From: Eubacteriales bacterium | Lineage (GTDB): Bacteria; Bacillota; Clostridia; Oscillospirales; CAG-272 | Assembly: GCA_045636085.1 (NCBI GenBank) | Contig: JAZTWU010000078.1 | Location: 1 to 43,562, forward strand | DNA: 43,562 nucleotides | Reading direction: 5' to 3' | Shown here: piece by piece, positions 18,494-27,611 of the stretch | Position numbering within the stretch: position 1 is the first letter of the stretch | Layout of the letters: each line of letters opens with the position of its first letter | Program-made: the position numbers and the translations under genes | Notes under the pieces: model-generated | Databases searched by the model: none | Told to the model about the DNA's origin: nothing | Seen by the model: only the letters and a program-made list of their open reading frames with translations

Positions 18494-19947
18494 GCTTTCA
18501 TTCGCTTGCCTTCGTGATCTTTTATCCTGCGGTGCTTCTTTTGTATTTTCTTTTGCCAAAGCGCCTGCGGCTTCCGATGCTCCTTGTATCCAGTTATTTC
18601 TTCTATATGTATTATCAGCCCTCGCTGATATTTTTGATAGTGGGAACAACGGCGGTCTCCTGGCTTTGCTCTCTTGCCATTTCGCGCACGCAATCCTTGC
18701 CGCTTCGCCGCTTGCTTTTGGCGCTGACGCTGACCGTTTGCCTCGGCACGCTCGTCTTTTATAAGTATTTTGATTTTCTTATGGAGAGCGTTTTTGCTCT
18801 CATCGGCCTCTTTGGCGTGCAGGCCGTGCCCCCCTCGCTTTCGCTCGTGTTACCCGTCGGAATCTCGTTTTATACCTTCCAGACGCTCTCTTATGTAATT
18901 GATGTTTACCGCGGGAAAATTGCGCACGAAAGAAATTTTCTTTATTATGCGCTCTTTGTTTCCTTTTTTCCTCAGCTCGTGGCAGGCCCGATCGAGCGCC
19001 CCGAGAACCTTTTGCCCCAGCTGAAGGCGGAGCATCGCTTCTGCAAGGCAGATGCCCTGAAGGGGGCAAGGCATATGCTCGTCGGCTTTTTCAAGAAGAT
19101 CTGCGTTGCGGATCTCGTTGCCGAAACGGTCAACCTCGTTTATAATTCGCCGCAGGGAAAAAGCCCCGTCGCCATTATCGTTGCAACGGCGCTCTTCGCC
19201 GTGCAGATCTATTGCGATTTCTCGGGCTATACGGATATTGCCATCGGCGCGGCACGTGTGATGGGTATCCGACTGATGCAAAACTTTGATCACCCCTACC
19301 GCGCGCGCACCGTGCGCGAATTCTGGTCACGCTGGCATATCTCGCTTTCCTCTTGGTTTAAGGATTATCTTTATATTCCGCTCGGCGGAAGCCGCTGTAA
19401 AAAATGGCGGCATTTGCTGAATCTGATGATCGTTTTTGCCATTTCGGGTCTATGGCACGGCGCGCGCTTCACCTTTGTTGTCTGGGGCGTTTTGCACGGG
19501 CTGTATCAGATCGTCGGCAACCTCACCTCGGCGCCTCGCGCCGCCCTTCGCCGCCGTCTCGGCGTGCGGGAGGATTCACCCCTGCTTCATATCCTGCAAA
19601 GGGCAGGCACGGTGCTTCTCGTTTGCTTTGCTTGGCTCTTTTTCCGTTCCAATTCAATGGCGGATGCCCTCGCGCTTTTATCCGCGCTCGTTTCTCCGAG
19701 CGCGTGGCAGATGCCGTTCTCGCTTTCGGAATCCTTGGGGCTTTCGCCCGTTTCGCTCCTTCTGATCCTCGTTTCGCTTCTGCTTCTTTGGCTTCTGGAT
19801 CGTCTGGCGCCGTATGGCGATGAAAGGGAGGAGTCCGTTCTTTTGAAAAACGGCGGCTTCGTTTATATCGTTTGGGCGGTGCTTCTCATCTATATGCTTC
19901 TGCTCTCCTCGGGCGAGGTCAGCAGCTTCATCTATTTTCAGTTTTAA
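18490..19947 (+). CDS. MBOAT family O-acyltransferase (AlgI/PatA/DltB-like)
   Basis: LPVGISFYTFQ, FFPQLVAGPI, DFSGYTDIAIG, FWSRWHISLSSWFKDYLYIPLGG and SGLWHGA (catalytic His). C-terminal FIYFQF. Confidence 0.95.
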   Translation: MSFHSLAFVIFYPAVLLLYFLLPKRLRLPMLLVSSYFFYMYYQPSLIFLIVGTTAVSWLCSLAISRTQSLPLRRLLLALTLTVCLGTLVFYKYFDFLMESVFALIGLFGVQAVPPSLSLVLPVGISFYTFQTLSYVIDVYRGKIAHERNFLYYALFVSFFPQLVAGPIERPENLLPQLKAEHRFCKADALKGARHMLVGFFKKICVADLVAETVNLVYNSPQGKSPVAIIVATALFAVQIYCDFSGYTDIAIGAARVMGIRLMQNFDHPYRARTVREFWSRWHISLSSWFKDYLYIPLGGSRCKKWRHLLNLMIVFAISGLWHGARFTFVVWGVLHGLYQIVGNLTSAPRAALRRRLGVREDSPLLHILQRAGTVLLVCFAWLFFRSNSMADALALLSALVSPSAWQMPFSLSESLGLSPVSLLLILVSLLLLWLLDRLAPYGDEREESVLLKNGGFVYIVWAVLLIYMLLLSSGEVSSFIYFQF

Positions 19948-19959
19948 AGGGGGGAGGGT

Positions 19960-21381
19960 ATGAAAAAAATCAAAACAGCAGCTCTTGCCGTTCTCCTTGC
20001 TTTCGCGATCCTTTCCGTTTTGCTTCTTCCCGCCGCCGCAGTGCTTTTGCCGCCTGCGTATTCCAATACCTTCGTCGGTGCCTTGGATGAAAAGGTGGAG
20101 CGCCTTGCCTCGGTCGAGGGTGCAAAGGTGGTTGTCATCGGTGGCTCCTCCGTTGCCTTCGGGCTGGATAGCGCGCTGATGGAGGAGCATCTCGGCATGC
20201 CCGTTGTCAATTTCGGGCTTTATGCCGCCGTCGGAACGAAGGCGATGCTCGAGCTCGCGCTTCCCTATATCGGGGAGGGGGATATCGTGGTTCTCGCGCC
20301 TGAAACCGATGCGCAAACGCTTTCGCTTTATTTTAACGGAGATAACACCTGGAAGGCGATCGACGATGCGCCCTCTCTCTTCTTCTCCTTTGGTAGAGAG
20401 AGTAAAAGGGAAATGCTCGGCAGTCTCTATTCCTATGCGGCCGCAAAGATCTCGGCCTTGAAAAGCGGTCCTGCCGATCCCGCCGGCGTTTATAACAGCA
20501 AAAGCTTCAACGAATACGGCGATATAATCTATCCGCGCGCCGAAAACGTGATGCCGCTCTATTACGATCCGAATACCCCCATCAACCCGAGCGCCTCTAT
20601 CGTTTCCGCGGAATTTTTGGATTTCGTGAACGATTATATTTTGCGCTGTGAGGCGAAGGGGGCACGGGTGTATTATTCCTATGCGCCGATGAATGCGGCG
20701 GCACTCGGCGCCGATGTCACGGAGCAGAGCGTCGGGGAATTTGCAGAGTTTCTTCGCGAGAACATTCGGTGCGAGCATATCAGCCTGATCGAGTCCTATA
20801 TTATGGATGCCGCGTATTTTTACGATACGAATTATCACTTAAACGATGCAGGCGTGCGCCTGCGCACAAAGCAGCTGATCGAAGATATTCGCATCGCGGA
20901 GGAAATTTATCAAGCGGCCGATATTGCGCTTCTCCCAAAGCCCGAACTTCCGCTTTTGGATGTGAAGTTCTTCGGTGAGGATGAAAATGCGAAGTATTTT
21001 GTATATGAAGCATTACAAAACGGCGGACTTTCCATCGTCGGGCTCACGGCGCTTGGTAAGACGCAGAAAAATTTAATCCTGCCTCTCGGAGCGGAAAATA
21101 CGAAGGTGATGCACGTTGGTGCCTCTGCCTTTGCCGGCGCTTCTGCCACGCGCATCACGATCCCCGAAGAGACGAATATCCGCACGATCGCCACGGGCGC
21201 CTTCGACGGATGCTCTGCCTCCTCGCTTTATATTCTCTATGATTTTTCGGATGAAGCGCAAAAGCTTTCGCCTCCTGCAAGCTTTGGTGGCCTTTCGGTC
21301 TTCGTGCCCGTAGGCTCTGCGTATCTGACGCATTATGACTGGACGGGTTATAAGCTCATAGCCATCGAAGCGGCCGAGTGA
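19960..21381 (+). CDS. Membrane-anchored SGNH/AlgX-DltD-like protein with a C-terminal BspA-type LRR module
   Basis: N-terminal signal anchor. VVIGGSS, VVNFG and FYDTNYHLNDAG blocks. C-terminal LILP...VGASAF...ITIP...IATGAFDGC. Confidence 0.75.
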   Translation: MKKIKTAALAVLLAFAILSVLLLPAAAVLLPPAYSNTFVGALDEKVERLASVEGAKVVVIGGSSVAFGLDSALMEEHLGMPVVNFGLYAAVGTKAMLELALPYIGEGDIVVLAPETDAQTLSLYFNGDNTWKAIDDAPSLFFSFGRESKREMLGSLYSYAAAKISALKSGPADPAGVYNSKSFNEYGDIIYPRAENVMPLYYDPNTPINPSASIVSAEFLDFVNDYILRCEAKGARVYYSYAPMNAAALGADVTEQSVGEFAEFLRENIRCEHISLIESYIMDAAYFYDTNYHLNDAGVRLRTKQLIEDIRIAEEIYQAADIALLPKPELPLLDVKFFGEDENAKYFVYEALQNGGLSIVGLTALGKTQKNLILPLGAENTKVMHVGASAFAGASATRITIPEETNIRTIATGAFDGCSASSLYILYDFSDEAQKLSPPASFGGLSVFVPVGSAYLTHYDWTGYKLIAIEAAE

Positions 21382-21518
21382 TGTATGCTTGGCGGCATAA
21401 AACCCATATTTTTGTCTTTTTTCCATTTCTTTGGAAAATATATGGAAAAGGTGCTTTTCTTGTGCTACAATTAGATTAAAATGAAGGCCGCAAAACGATG
21501 CGGATAAAGGAGAAATTT

Positions 21519-23351
21519 ATGCAGATTCAAGGACTTTCCGGAAATTTTAAAACCAGCTTTGAGGTGATGCGCGGGCATCTCGGATTGGATGCTTTTTCGG
21601 TGGATATGACCTTCGAGAGCGCAGACGGGCTCACCGTCGGCGTGAAGGACGGAAAGGGTTATATCCGATGCCGCGAGGTGCATCATATGAACCGTCTTCT
21701 CGGCCTTTTCGCGCAGTATTATAAGGGCGAGGATTTTGAGATCACGGAGAAGGCTGCCTTCAAAACGCTTTCCGTGATGATCGATATTTCCTATCGCGGG
21801 CCGATCTCGCTTGCGGGACTGAAGGAATACTTCACCTATCTTGGCTCGATGGGCTATAATCAGATCTGGTTTTATGCCGAGGATATGTATGAAATGCCCG
21901 CAAAGTACGCGCATTTCGGCTATATGCGCGGCAGATATTCCACCGAGGAGCTCAGAGAGCTGGATGATTTTGCTTATTCGATCGGTATCGAGATCGTTCC
22001 CTGTATTCAAACGCTCGGCCATATGCAGCACTATCTGCGCTGGGATGAGGCGTATTCGTACAGAGAGACCAATATGATCCTGAAGCCCGGCAGCCCCAAG
22101 GTCTATGAATTTATCAAGGATATGCTGATCGCTGCTTCCAAGCCCTTCCGCTCGAAGCGCATCCATATCGGTCTCGATGAAACGGCAGGTCTTGGAAAGG
22201 GTGCCTCCTTCAAGCCCGGAAATTACCGAGAGCCCCTCGATATTTTCCTTGAGCACCTCGGCGTTGTCGCGAAGATGTGCGAGGAGCTGGGCCTGCGCCC
22301 GATGATGTGGAACGATATGGTGTTCTGCTATTCGAGCAAAAACCATACGAAATACGCGCCCGATACCGAGATCGCTCCCGAGGTGATCGAGAGAATGCCG
22401 AAAAACGTGGATCTCGTTTATTGGAACTATGAGGTCGAGGATTGCAACGAGATGTATATCGAGAAAAACCGCGTCTTCGGCAATCCCGTGATCTTTGCGG
22501 GCGGCGTTTGGATCTGGGTGGCTGCTTTGCCCGATAATATCTTCTCCGCGAAGTTCCACGAGGCGGCCTTGTCCGCCTGCAAGAAAAAGGGCGTGGAGGA
22601 GGTTTGTATGACCGTCTGGGCATTTGGTATGACGATCTATCAGACCTCGCTTCTCGAGGCGGCAAGATATGCCGAGCTCACCTATGAGGATACGAGCGAG
22701 AAGCTTGCAGAACGCTTTGAATTCCTCACGGGCGCTTCCTTTGACGGATTTTACGATATGGCAAACCTTCACGCGCAGTATCTTGAAGGGGAGATCGATT
22801 ATGATTCGATGAACTACGAGGCGCGTTTTGACGGACATAAGCTGATGTGGCAGGACGTTCTTCTCGGCCTCTATGATGAAAACCTCTTCCGTGAGCCCCG
22901 CGCCGAGCATTATCAGCGCGCCGCAGAGAAGTACCGCCCGTTGATCGCGCGGCAGGATAAATGGTGCTGGCTCTATGAATACTGCTATGCCGTATTCAAG
23001 CTCCTTTCCGTGAAGTGCTATATTGCGGAGCGCCTCGTTCCCGCCTACAAGTCGGGGGATCGGGAAATGCTGTATTTCCTTTTGGAGGAAAAGCTCCCCG
23101 CGCTGGATAAGCTCTGGTGCGAGGTCGCCGAGCGCCACGAGCAGCATAGAATTGACTTTATGCGCCCCTTCGGCATCGAGTCCAATCACCGCAGATACGG
23201 AACGATGATCCTCAGAACGCGCTATGCAATGCGCCGCCTGCGCGATTATCTTGGCGGAAAGGAATCGCGCCTTCCCGAGCTCGAGGAGCCGAGATTCTTC
23301 CAGCCGCCGAATGCTTGGGGAATGGATTTCGGTAGCTTGACGGAGTTCTGA
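21519..23351 (+). CDS. Beta-N-acetylhexosaminidase, GH20 family (cytoplasmic)
   Basis: IEIVPCIQTLGH, IHIGLDE (catalytic DE), MWNDM and VYWNY. ATG 21519 follows AAGGAG. Confidence 0.88.
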   Translation: MQIQGLSGNFKTSFEVMRGHLGLDAFSVDMTFESADGLTVGVKDGKGYIRCREVHHMNRLLGLFAQYYKGEDFEITEKAAFKTLSVMIDISYRGPISLAGLKEYFTYLGSMGYNQIWFYAEDMYEMPAKYAHFGYMRGRYSTEELRELDDFAYSIGIEIVPCIQTLGHMQHYLRWDEAYSYRETNMILKPGSPKVYEFIKDMLIAASKPFRSKRIHIGLDETAGLGKGASFKPGNYREPLDIFLEHLGVVAKMCEELGLRPMMWNDMVFCYSSKNHTKYAPDTEIAPEVIERMPKNVDLVYWNYEVEDCNEMYIEKNRVFGNPVIFAGGVWIWVAALPDNIFSAKFHEAALSACKKKGVEEVCMTVWAFGMTIYQTSLLEAARYAELTYEDTSEKLAERFEFLTGASFDGFYDMANLHAQYLEGEIDYDSMNYEARFDGHKLMWQDVLLGLYDENLFREPRAEHYQRAAEKYRPLIARQDKWCWLYEYCYAVFKLLSVKCYIAERLVPAYKSGDREMLYFLLEEKLPALDKLWCEVAERHEQHRIDFMRPFGIESNHRRYGTMILRTRYAMRRLRDYLGGKESRLPELEEPRFFQPPNAWGMDFGSLTEF

Positions 23352-23404
23352 TTTTTCGGCTGCTTTGAAATTCAAAGCCGATTTTTGAAAATAGTTATTT
23401 ACAT

Positions 23405-23443
23405 AAAAAAGGCTTTCGCGCGTTTTTCGCGAAAGCCTTTTTT
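23405..23443. terminator. Bidirectional terminator
   Basis: AAAAAAGGCTTTCGCG / CGCGAAAGCCTTTTTT between convergent genes. Confidence 0.88.
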
Positions 23444-23456
23444 ATTTTGCTTTAAG

Positions 23457-24749
23457 TCACCAAGTGCACTCGTAAATGCCGTTTTCGCCGCGCGTGATGG
23501 AAACGCCATAGGGAAGTGAAAGCTCCTTCAGTCTTTGCATAAAGGATTCGTCCCTTGCGGGCTGTGGAAGTCCCTCCAGATGCTTTCCATCGCCAAGGCT
23601 TGCCACGATGGGCATCAGCTTCAGCGTTTTCAGCCGCTTTCCGTCGGTTTCCCAGAAGGGGATCACGGCCTCGCGCATTTCCTTTTGCGCCATAAGACCG
23701 CGCGTGAAGTCTTGCGATCGCTTTTTGAGGAGCTCCATCACGGAGTCGTCGCTCGTCATTCCCTCCTTCGCATAGAAGTCCTCGGGCGCGAAGGCCACAT
23801 CGTAAAGCTGGATAACGAAATCGCCGAGCGAATAGAAGATGGGCTTTTCCTTATAAACCTCAATGGCGCGCAGTAGGTGCGGCCCGTGGCCGATCACGGC
23901 ATCCGCTCCAAAATCCACGATCTCGTGCATCAGTTGCTTGAAAAACTGCGGCACGGCGGTCTTGTCCATTCCCTCGATCTGATGGGTATGAACCGAAACG
24001 ATCACATAGTCCGCGCTCATCTCGGCCTCGTGGATGGAGGCCTTCAACCGCTCGATATCTTTTTTATTGATATCATAGTGAACGCCGTAGTCCTCGCCGA
24101 GAAGGAACACCTGATCTCCGATCTCGCAAACGCCGTCAGCAAGCGGAGGATAATACCCCTCTGCGCGGGTGATCATCTTCGCGCAGTTGATGCCCGAGAG
24201 ATCGCCAACGCGGCAAAGCGCCTCGAATTCCGCCTTCGGAACGATTACCTTTCTCGTGATGCGAAGGCCGTTAATGCCCGGGCGCCCCGCAACGCGGCGC
24301 GCCTGCTCGCCCGCCATCATCGGCGCGCTGAAGCTCGTGCTCACGGAAATGAGCGCAATTCTTCCGTTCGGGGTTTCGAGGTAGGCGGGGGCAGAGGCCT
24401 GATGCAGGTTGTTGCCGATGCCTGCGTGAACGATGCCGCTCTCATTCAGCGTTTCCATCGTTTTCAAAAATCCCTCAAAGGAGAAATCAAAGGCGTGGTT
24501 GTTGTTCGCTGTGGTCATATTGAAGCCGTAGCGGAGCATATCGTAATACATTTCGGGATTGGTGCGCACATAAGTGCCGCCCGAAAACTGAGAAGCAAAG
24601 CATTCTCCCTCGTAGTTCAGCGTCGTTTCCAGATTGAAGAAGCGCGCGTCTCCCTGCCCGATGAAGGCCTTGATGGCATCAAAGCCATCATAGCCCTCGG
24701 CGGGAAGTCTTTTTTGAACGAGAATATCACCGACTGCTGTGAATTTCAT
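23457..24749 (-). CDS. CapA/PGA_cap family metallophosphoesterase-fold protein (no signal peptide)
   Basis: AVGD, NLET, ANNHAFD, SVHTH, GHGPH and YSLGDF motifs. ATG 24749 follows GGAG. Confidence 0.85.
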   Translation of the reverse strand: MKFTAVGDILVQKRLPAEGYDGFDAIKAFIGQGDARFFNLETTLNYEGECFASQFSGGTYVRTNPEMYYDMLRYGFNMTTANNNHAFDFSFEGFLKTMETLNESGIVHAGIGNNLHQASAPAYLETPNGRIALISVSTSFSAPMMAGEQARRVAGRPGINGLRITRKVIVPKAEFEALCRVGDLSGINCAKMITRAEGYYPPLADGVCEIGDQVFLLGEDYGVHYDINKKDIERLKASIHEAEMSADYVIVSVHTHQIEGMDKTAVPQFFKQLMHEIVDFGADAVIGHGPHLLRAIEVYKEKPIFYSLGDFVIQLYDVAFAPEDFYAKEGMTSDDSVMELLKKRSQDFTRGLMAQKEMREAVIPFWETDGKRLKTLKLMPIVASLGDGKHLEGLPQPARDESFMQRLKELSLPYGVSITRGENGIYECTW

Positions 24750-24793
24750 AAATGCTCCATTCTGCCGCCGAGGCGACTGAAAAAAACGAATTT

Positions 24794-26062
24794 TTAGCCT
24801 GCTCCGTTTTCCCTGAATTTGCGGAAGGGGCGAAGGGCAAAGGTGATGCTGAGAGCACCGAGCGCAATCATAGCGATCCAAAGCGTTGTCACGATCGGCC
24901 AGCCAAGCGATTCCGCAACAGGGCCGAAAACGCAGTATTGAAGCGTGAAGCCGAGGCTTGCCGCCGCATTCAGAGCGCCCGCCGCCGTTCCGTTCTTTTT
25001 ATAGGGTATAAAGCGCATATTGAAATGCTGTGTGAGAAGAACGGTGGGGGAGAGGAGCATCGAAATGCAGCAGAGCGCGATCACGATCAAGGCAGGCGGC
25101 AGGGCGCCGACAAAGCGCAAAAGCACCGCAAAGGGAATTGCAAGGCAGAACATTGCGATGAAGCAAGCAAGCTCGTTTTTGATGAGCCTCGGAAAAACGA
25201 GAAAGCGCACGATCACCGTGCCTGCAATGCCCGCAAAAATGATCAGCGTATTGAGAAGGTTGCCGAGCATCGGAGAGATGCTCTCATAGCTTTGCATCAG
25301 CATCGTGGAGGAAAGGGTTTTGGTTCCGTTTTCCACCATAGCGCGCAAAAGCACGGCCACCATCATCGCATAAAAGCCGCTGGCCAGGAAGAGCGCCGCC
25401 GTGCTTCTTTGCGGCACCCGCGCGCTCGATTCCCGCTTTTCGACCGCCGCCGTTTCAAGGTCCTTTTTCAGAAGAGGACTGAGCTTTTGGCAAAGGATCA
25501 GAAGCGCGATCGCCAGCACGATTAAAACGATGGAGGAAATCGCAAAATTGTATTGCCACTTGGGAACGACGGCGGAAACTGCATAGGTAATAACAAGTCC
25601 GCCCGAGCTTGCAAAGGAGATAAAGAATATCATCTGCGAGCGATCGCTGCGCACAAGCTGGGAGGAGATGATCTTGAAGATCGCGGGCCAAAGCGAAAAC
25701 TGGACCATTGCATTGAAGATCCAGGCGATCAGCATCACGAAGAAATTCTGATTGATGAAGATCACCGCGTTGGCAAGGGCGCTTCCGAGAAGGCCAATCA
25801 CGATGAGCCTCTCGGGGCTGTATTTATCTGCGAAAACGCCGCCGAGGATCTGCAAAGGGGTATAAACAGCGTAAAAGGCGGCATTGATCAGGCTCGCCTG
25901 CGTCAGCGTCAGCGCGCCCTCGTCCACGATGGCGGCAAGCGCACCGGAGAAGCAGCTTTTCGTCATATAAACCAGCGCATAGGTGATCCATATGAAGACG
26001 AAGAGCATTCGGCTGATGCGCTTGTTTTCAAGATGCACACCGGGATCCTTGAGAAAATGCAT
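24794..26062 (-). CDS. MFS transporter
   Basis: About 12 hydrophobic segments, GGVFADKYS loop and GTAAGALN. Confidence 0.88.
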   Translation of the reverse strand: MHFLKDPGVHLENKRISRMLFVFIWITYALVYMTKSCFSGALAAIVDEGALTLTQASLINAAFYAVYTPLQILGGVFADKYSPERLIVIGLLGSALANAVIFINQNFFVMLIAWIFNAMVQFSLWPAIFKIISSQLVRSDRSQMIFFISFASSGGLVITYAVSAVVPKWQYNFAISSIVLIVLAIALLILCQKLSPLLKKDLETAAVEKRESSARVPQRSTAALFLASGFYAMMVAVLLRAMVENGTKTLSSTMLMQSYESISPMLGNLLNTLIIFAGIAGTVIVRFLVFPRLIKNELACFIAMFCLAIPFAVLLRFVGALPPALIVIALCCISMLLSPTVLLTQHFNMRFIPYKKNGTAAGALNAAASLGFTLQYCVFGPVAESLGWPIVTTLWIAMIALGALSITFALRPFRKFRENGAG

Positions 26063-26066
26063 TTTC

Positions 26067-27557
26067 TTATTTTTCTTCGAACATTGCGTTGATCTCGGTG
26101 AGCGTCTTTCTCACGAGCATCTCGCCGCCGATATGTCCTGCCGTGCCGCTTCCGACGAAGGCGGAATAGTGGCTGCCCTGCTCAGCCTTCTCGGTGGGCA
26201 GATAGCCGTAGGAGCCGCAGGAAAGCTGGCAAAGGAAGGTCTGCTTTGCGAGCGAGCGCGCACGGATCTGGTTGCCGTAGTTAAGGAAGAGCTCGTAGGG
26301 GTTGGTTGCCAAAGCAATGTCGCCAAGGCGGGCAATGTGAATCTCGATGGGGTAGAGATCCATCGTCTGCTGAAGCTGATATCTTGCAACGATACCGCTG
26401 TAAATCTGCATATGTGCGTTGTCCTCGTAGGAAACGTCGCCCTCAAGGTTGTCAAAGAATTCCTTGATGGTGCGAAGCGCGCTGTTGTATTCTGCAACGG
26501 TCACGCGGCGAAGCGGCATCTCCATCGTCACATTCTTGTGCACGAACTCGGTCTCGGTAACGAATTCGGCCACGTCCTCGAGTGCCCAGAAGATCTCGTT
26601 TGCGATTCTCTTTGCGGCGAGCTCACAGCCCTTAACGTCAAACATCGAGGGATCGGCTCTTCTCGGAATCACCTTCTCGCGGTGGATGTTAGGGTCGTTC
26701 TTGCAAACGGGGGAGTCAACCCAGCGGATCAGATCGCGGGGGCAAAGGTCGCCCGCGGGAGAGATCATACAAAGGAAGTTGAGATCCTCGCCGAATTTTT
26801 CGCGCAGAATTCTCTTCACCTTGCCGACATAGTCGGAGGAAATGAAGTTCTGATGCTCCAGCACCTGTGCGGTGCAGGCAATGTTGGCAACAACACCCGT
26901 CAGCTTCTTATTCTGATCGTAGGTGAAGAGAAGCTCGATACCGCTGTCGTTTCCTGCCTCAAGCTCGGTGAAGTTCGCGGTGTTCGAGTTGCCCCACATC
27001 TTGGCGGAGCCGTCATCGTAGCAAACTCTGCGGCACATACCAACGGCCGCACGGCCGAAGCCGCAGGCGTATGCGCCCTCGGCGCGGTTGTTCCAGGCCT
27101 CCATAGCGGCCTTTGCGATTCTTTCAACGAGGAACTGCTTTGCCTCCTCGCCGCGGATGATGTCGGCGGAATCGTCGGATACGCGGGGGGCGTACTTCAC
27201 GCCCTCGGGCATCAGTGCGGTCAATGCCTTCAGGGCAGAGGAAAATCCGTCGCTTCTGTCAGCGTATGCAAAGGAGGAGTGCGTATGAATGCAGCTGATG
27301 ATGAGCTTCTCCTTGTCGAAGCCGCAGTCATCGGGAAGATAATCGCGCACGGCGCAGAGCAGCTTGTAGCTCGTTGCAACGAGGTCGCAGGCGATGAAGA
27401 TCATATGCTCCTCGCCGCATTCCAATGCCAGAGCGCTCACGGCAATGGGGGTTTCCACCTCGCCGCTGATTCTTTCGTAGAGCTGGCCTGCAAGATCCAC
27501 TCTTCTTCCGTAAGGAGTAATGTCAACCTCGCTCCAACCGATTTTAATCTTATTCAT
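26067..27557 (-). CDS. Neutral/alkaline ceramidase-like metallohydrolase, paralog A
   Basis: IGWSEVDITP, CDL, IHTHSS, SSDY, AGD, PYELF and YGYLPT motifs. AAGGAG RBS. Confidence 0.6.
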   Translation of the reverse strand: MNKIKIGWSEVDITPYGRRVDLAGQLYERISGEVETPIAVSALALECGEEHMIFIACDLVATSYKLLCAVRDYLPDDCGFDKEKLIISCIHTHSSFAYADRSDGFSSALKALTALMPEGVKYAPRVSDDSADIIRGEEAKQFLVERIAKAAMEAWNNRAEGAYACGFGRAAVGMCRRVCYDDGSAKMWGNSNTANFTELEAGNDSGIELLFTYDQNKKLTGVVANIACTAQVLEHQNFISSDYVGKVKRILREKFGEDLNFLCMISPAGDLCPRDLIRWVDSPVCKNDPNIHREKVIPRRADPSMFDVKGCELAAKRIANEIFWALEDVAEFVTETEFVHKNVTMEMPLRRVTVAEYNSALRTIKEFFDNLEGDVSYEDNAHMQIYSGIVARYQLQQTMDLYPIEIHIARLGDIALATNPYELFLNYGNQIRARSLAKQTFLCQLSCGSYGYLPTEKAEQGSHYSAFVGSGTAGHIGGEMLVRKTLTEINAMFEEK

Positions 27558-27611
27558 GGTGGTTCTCCTTTTAAAATGTAAATATTTATTTGAATAAATG
27601 ACAATAATGGA

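Noticed and set aside
18218-19947. dlt operon (DltX/DltB)
   Set aside because: There is no DltA or DltC. The small protein lacks the C-terminal Tyr motif, which is instead fused to the MBOAT as in AlgI/PatA types.
23457-24749. Poly-gamma-glutamate capsule locus
   Set aside because: Only a CapA-family domain is present, with no capB/capC/capE and no export signal.
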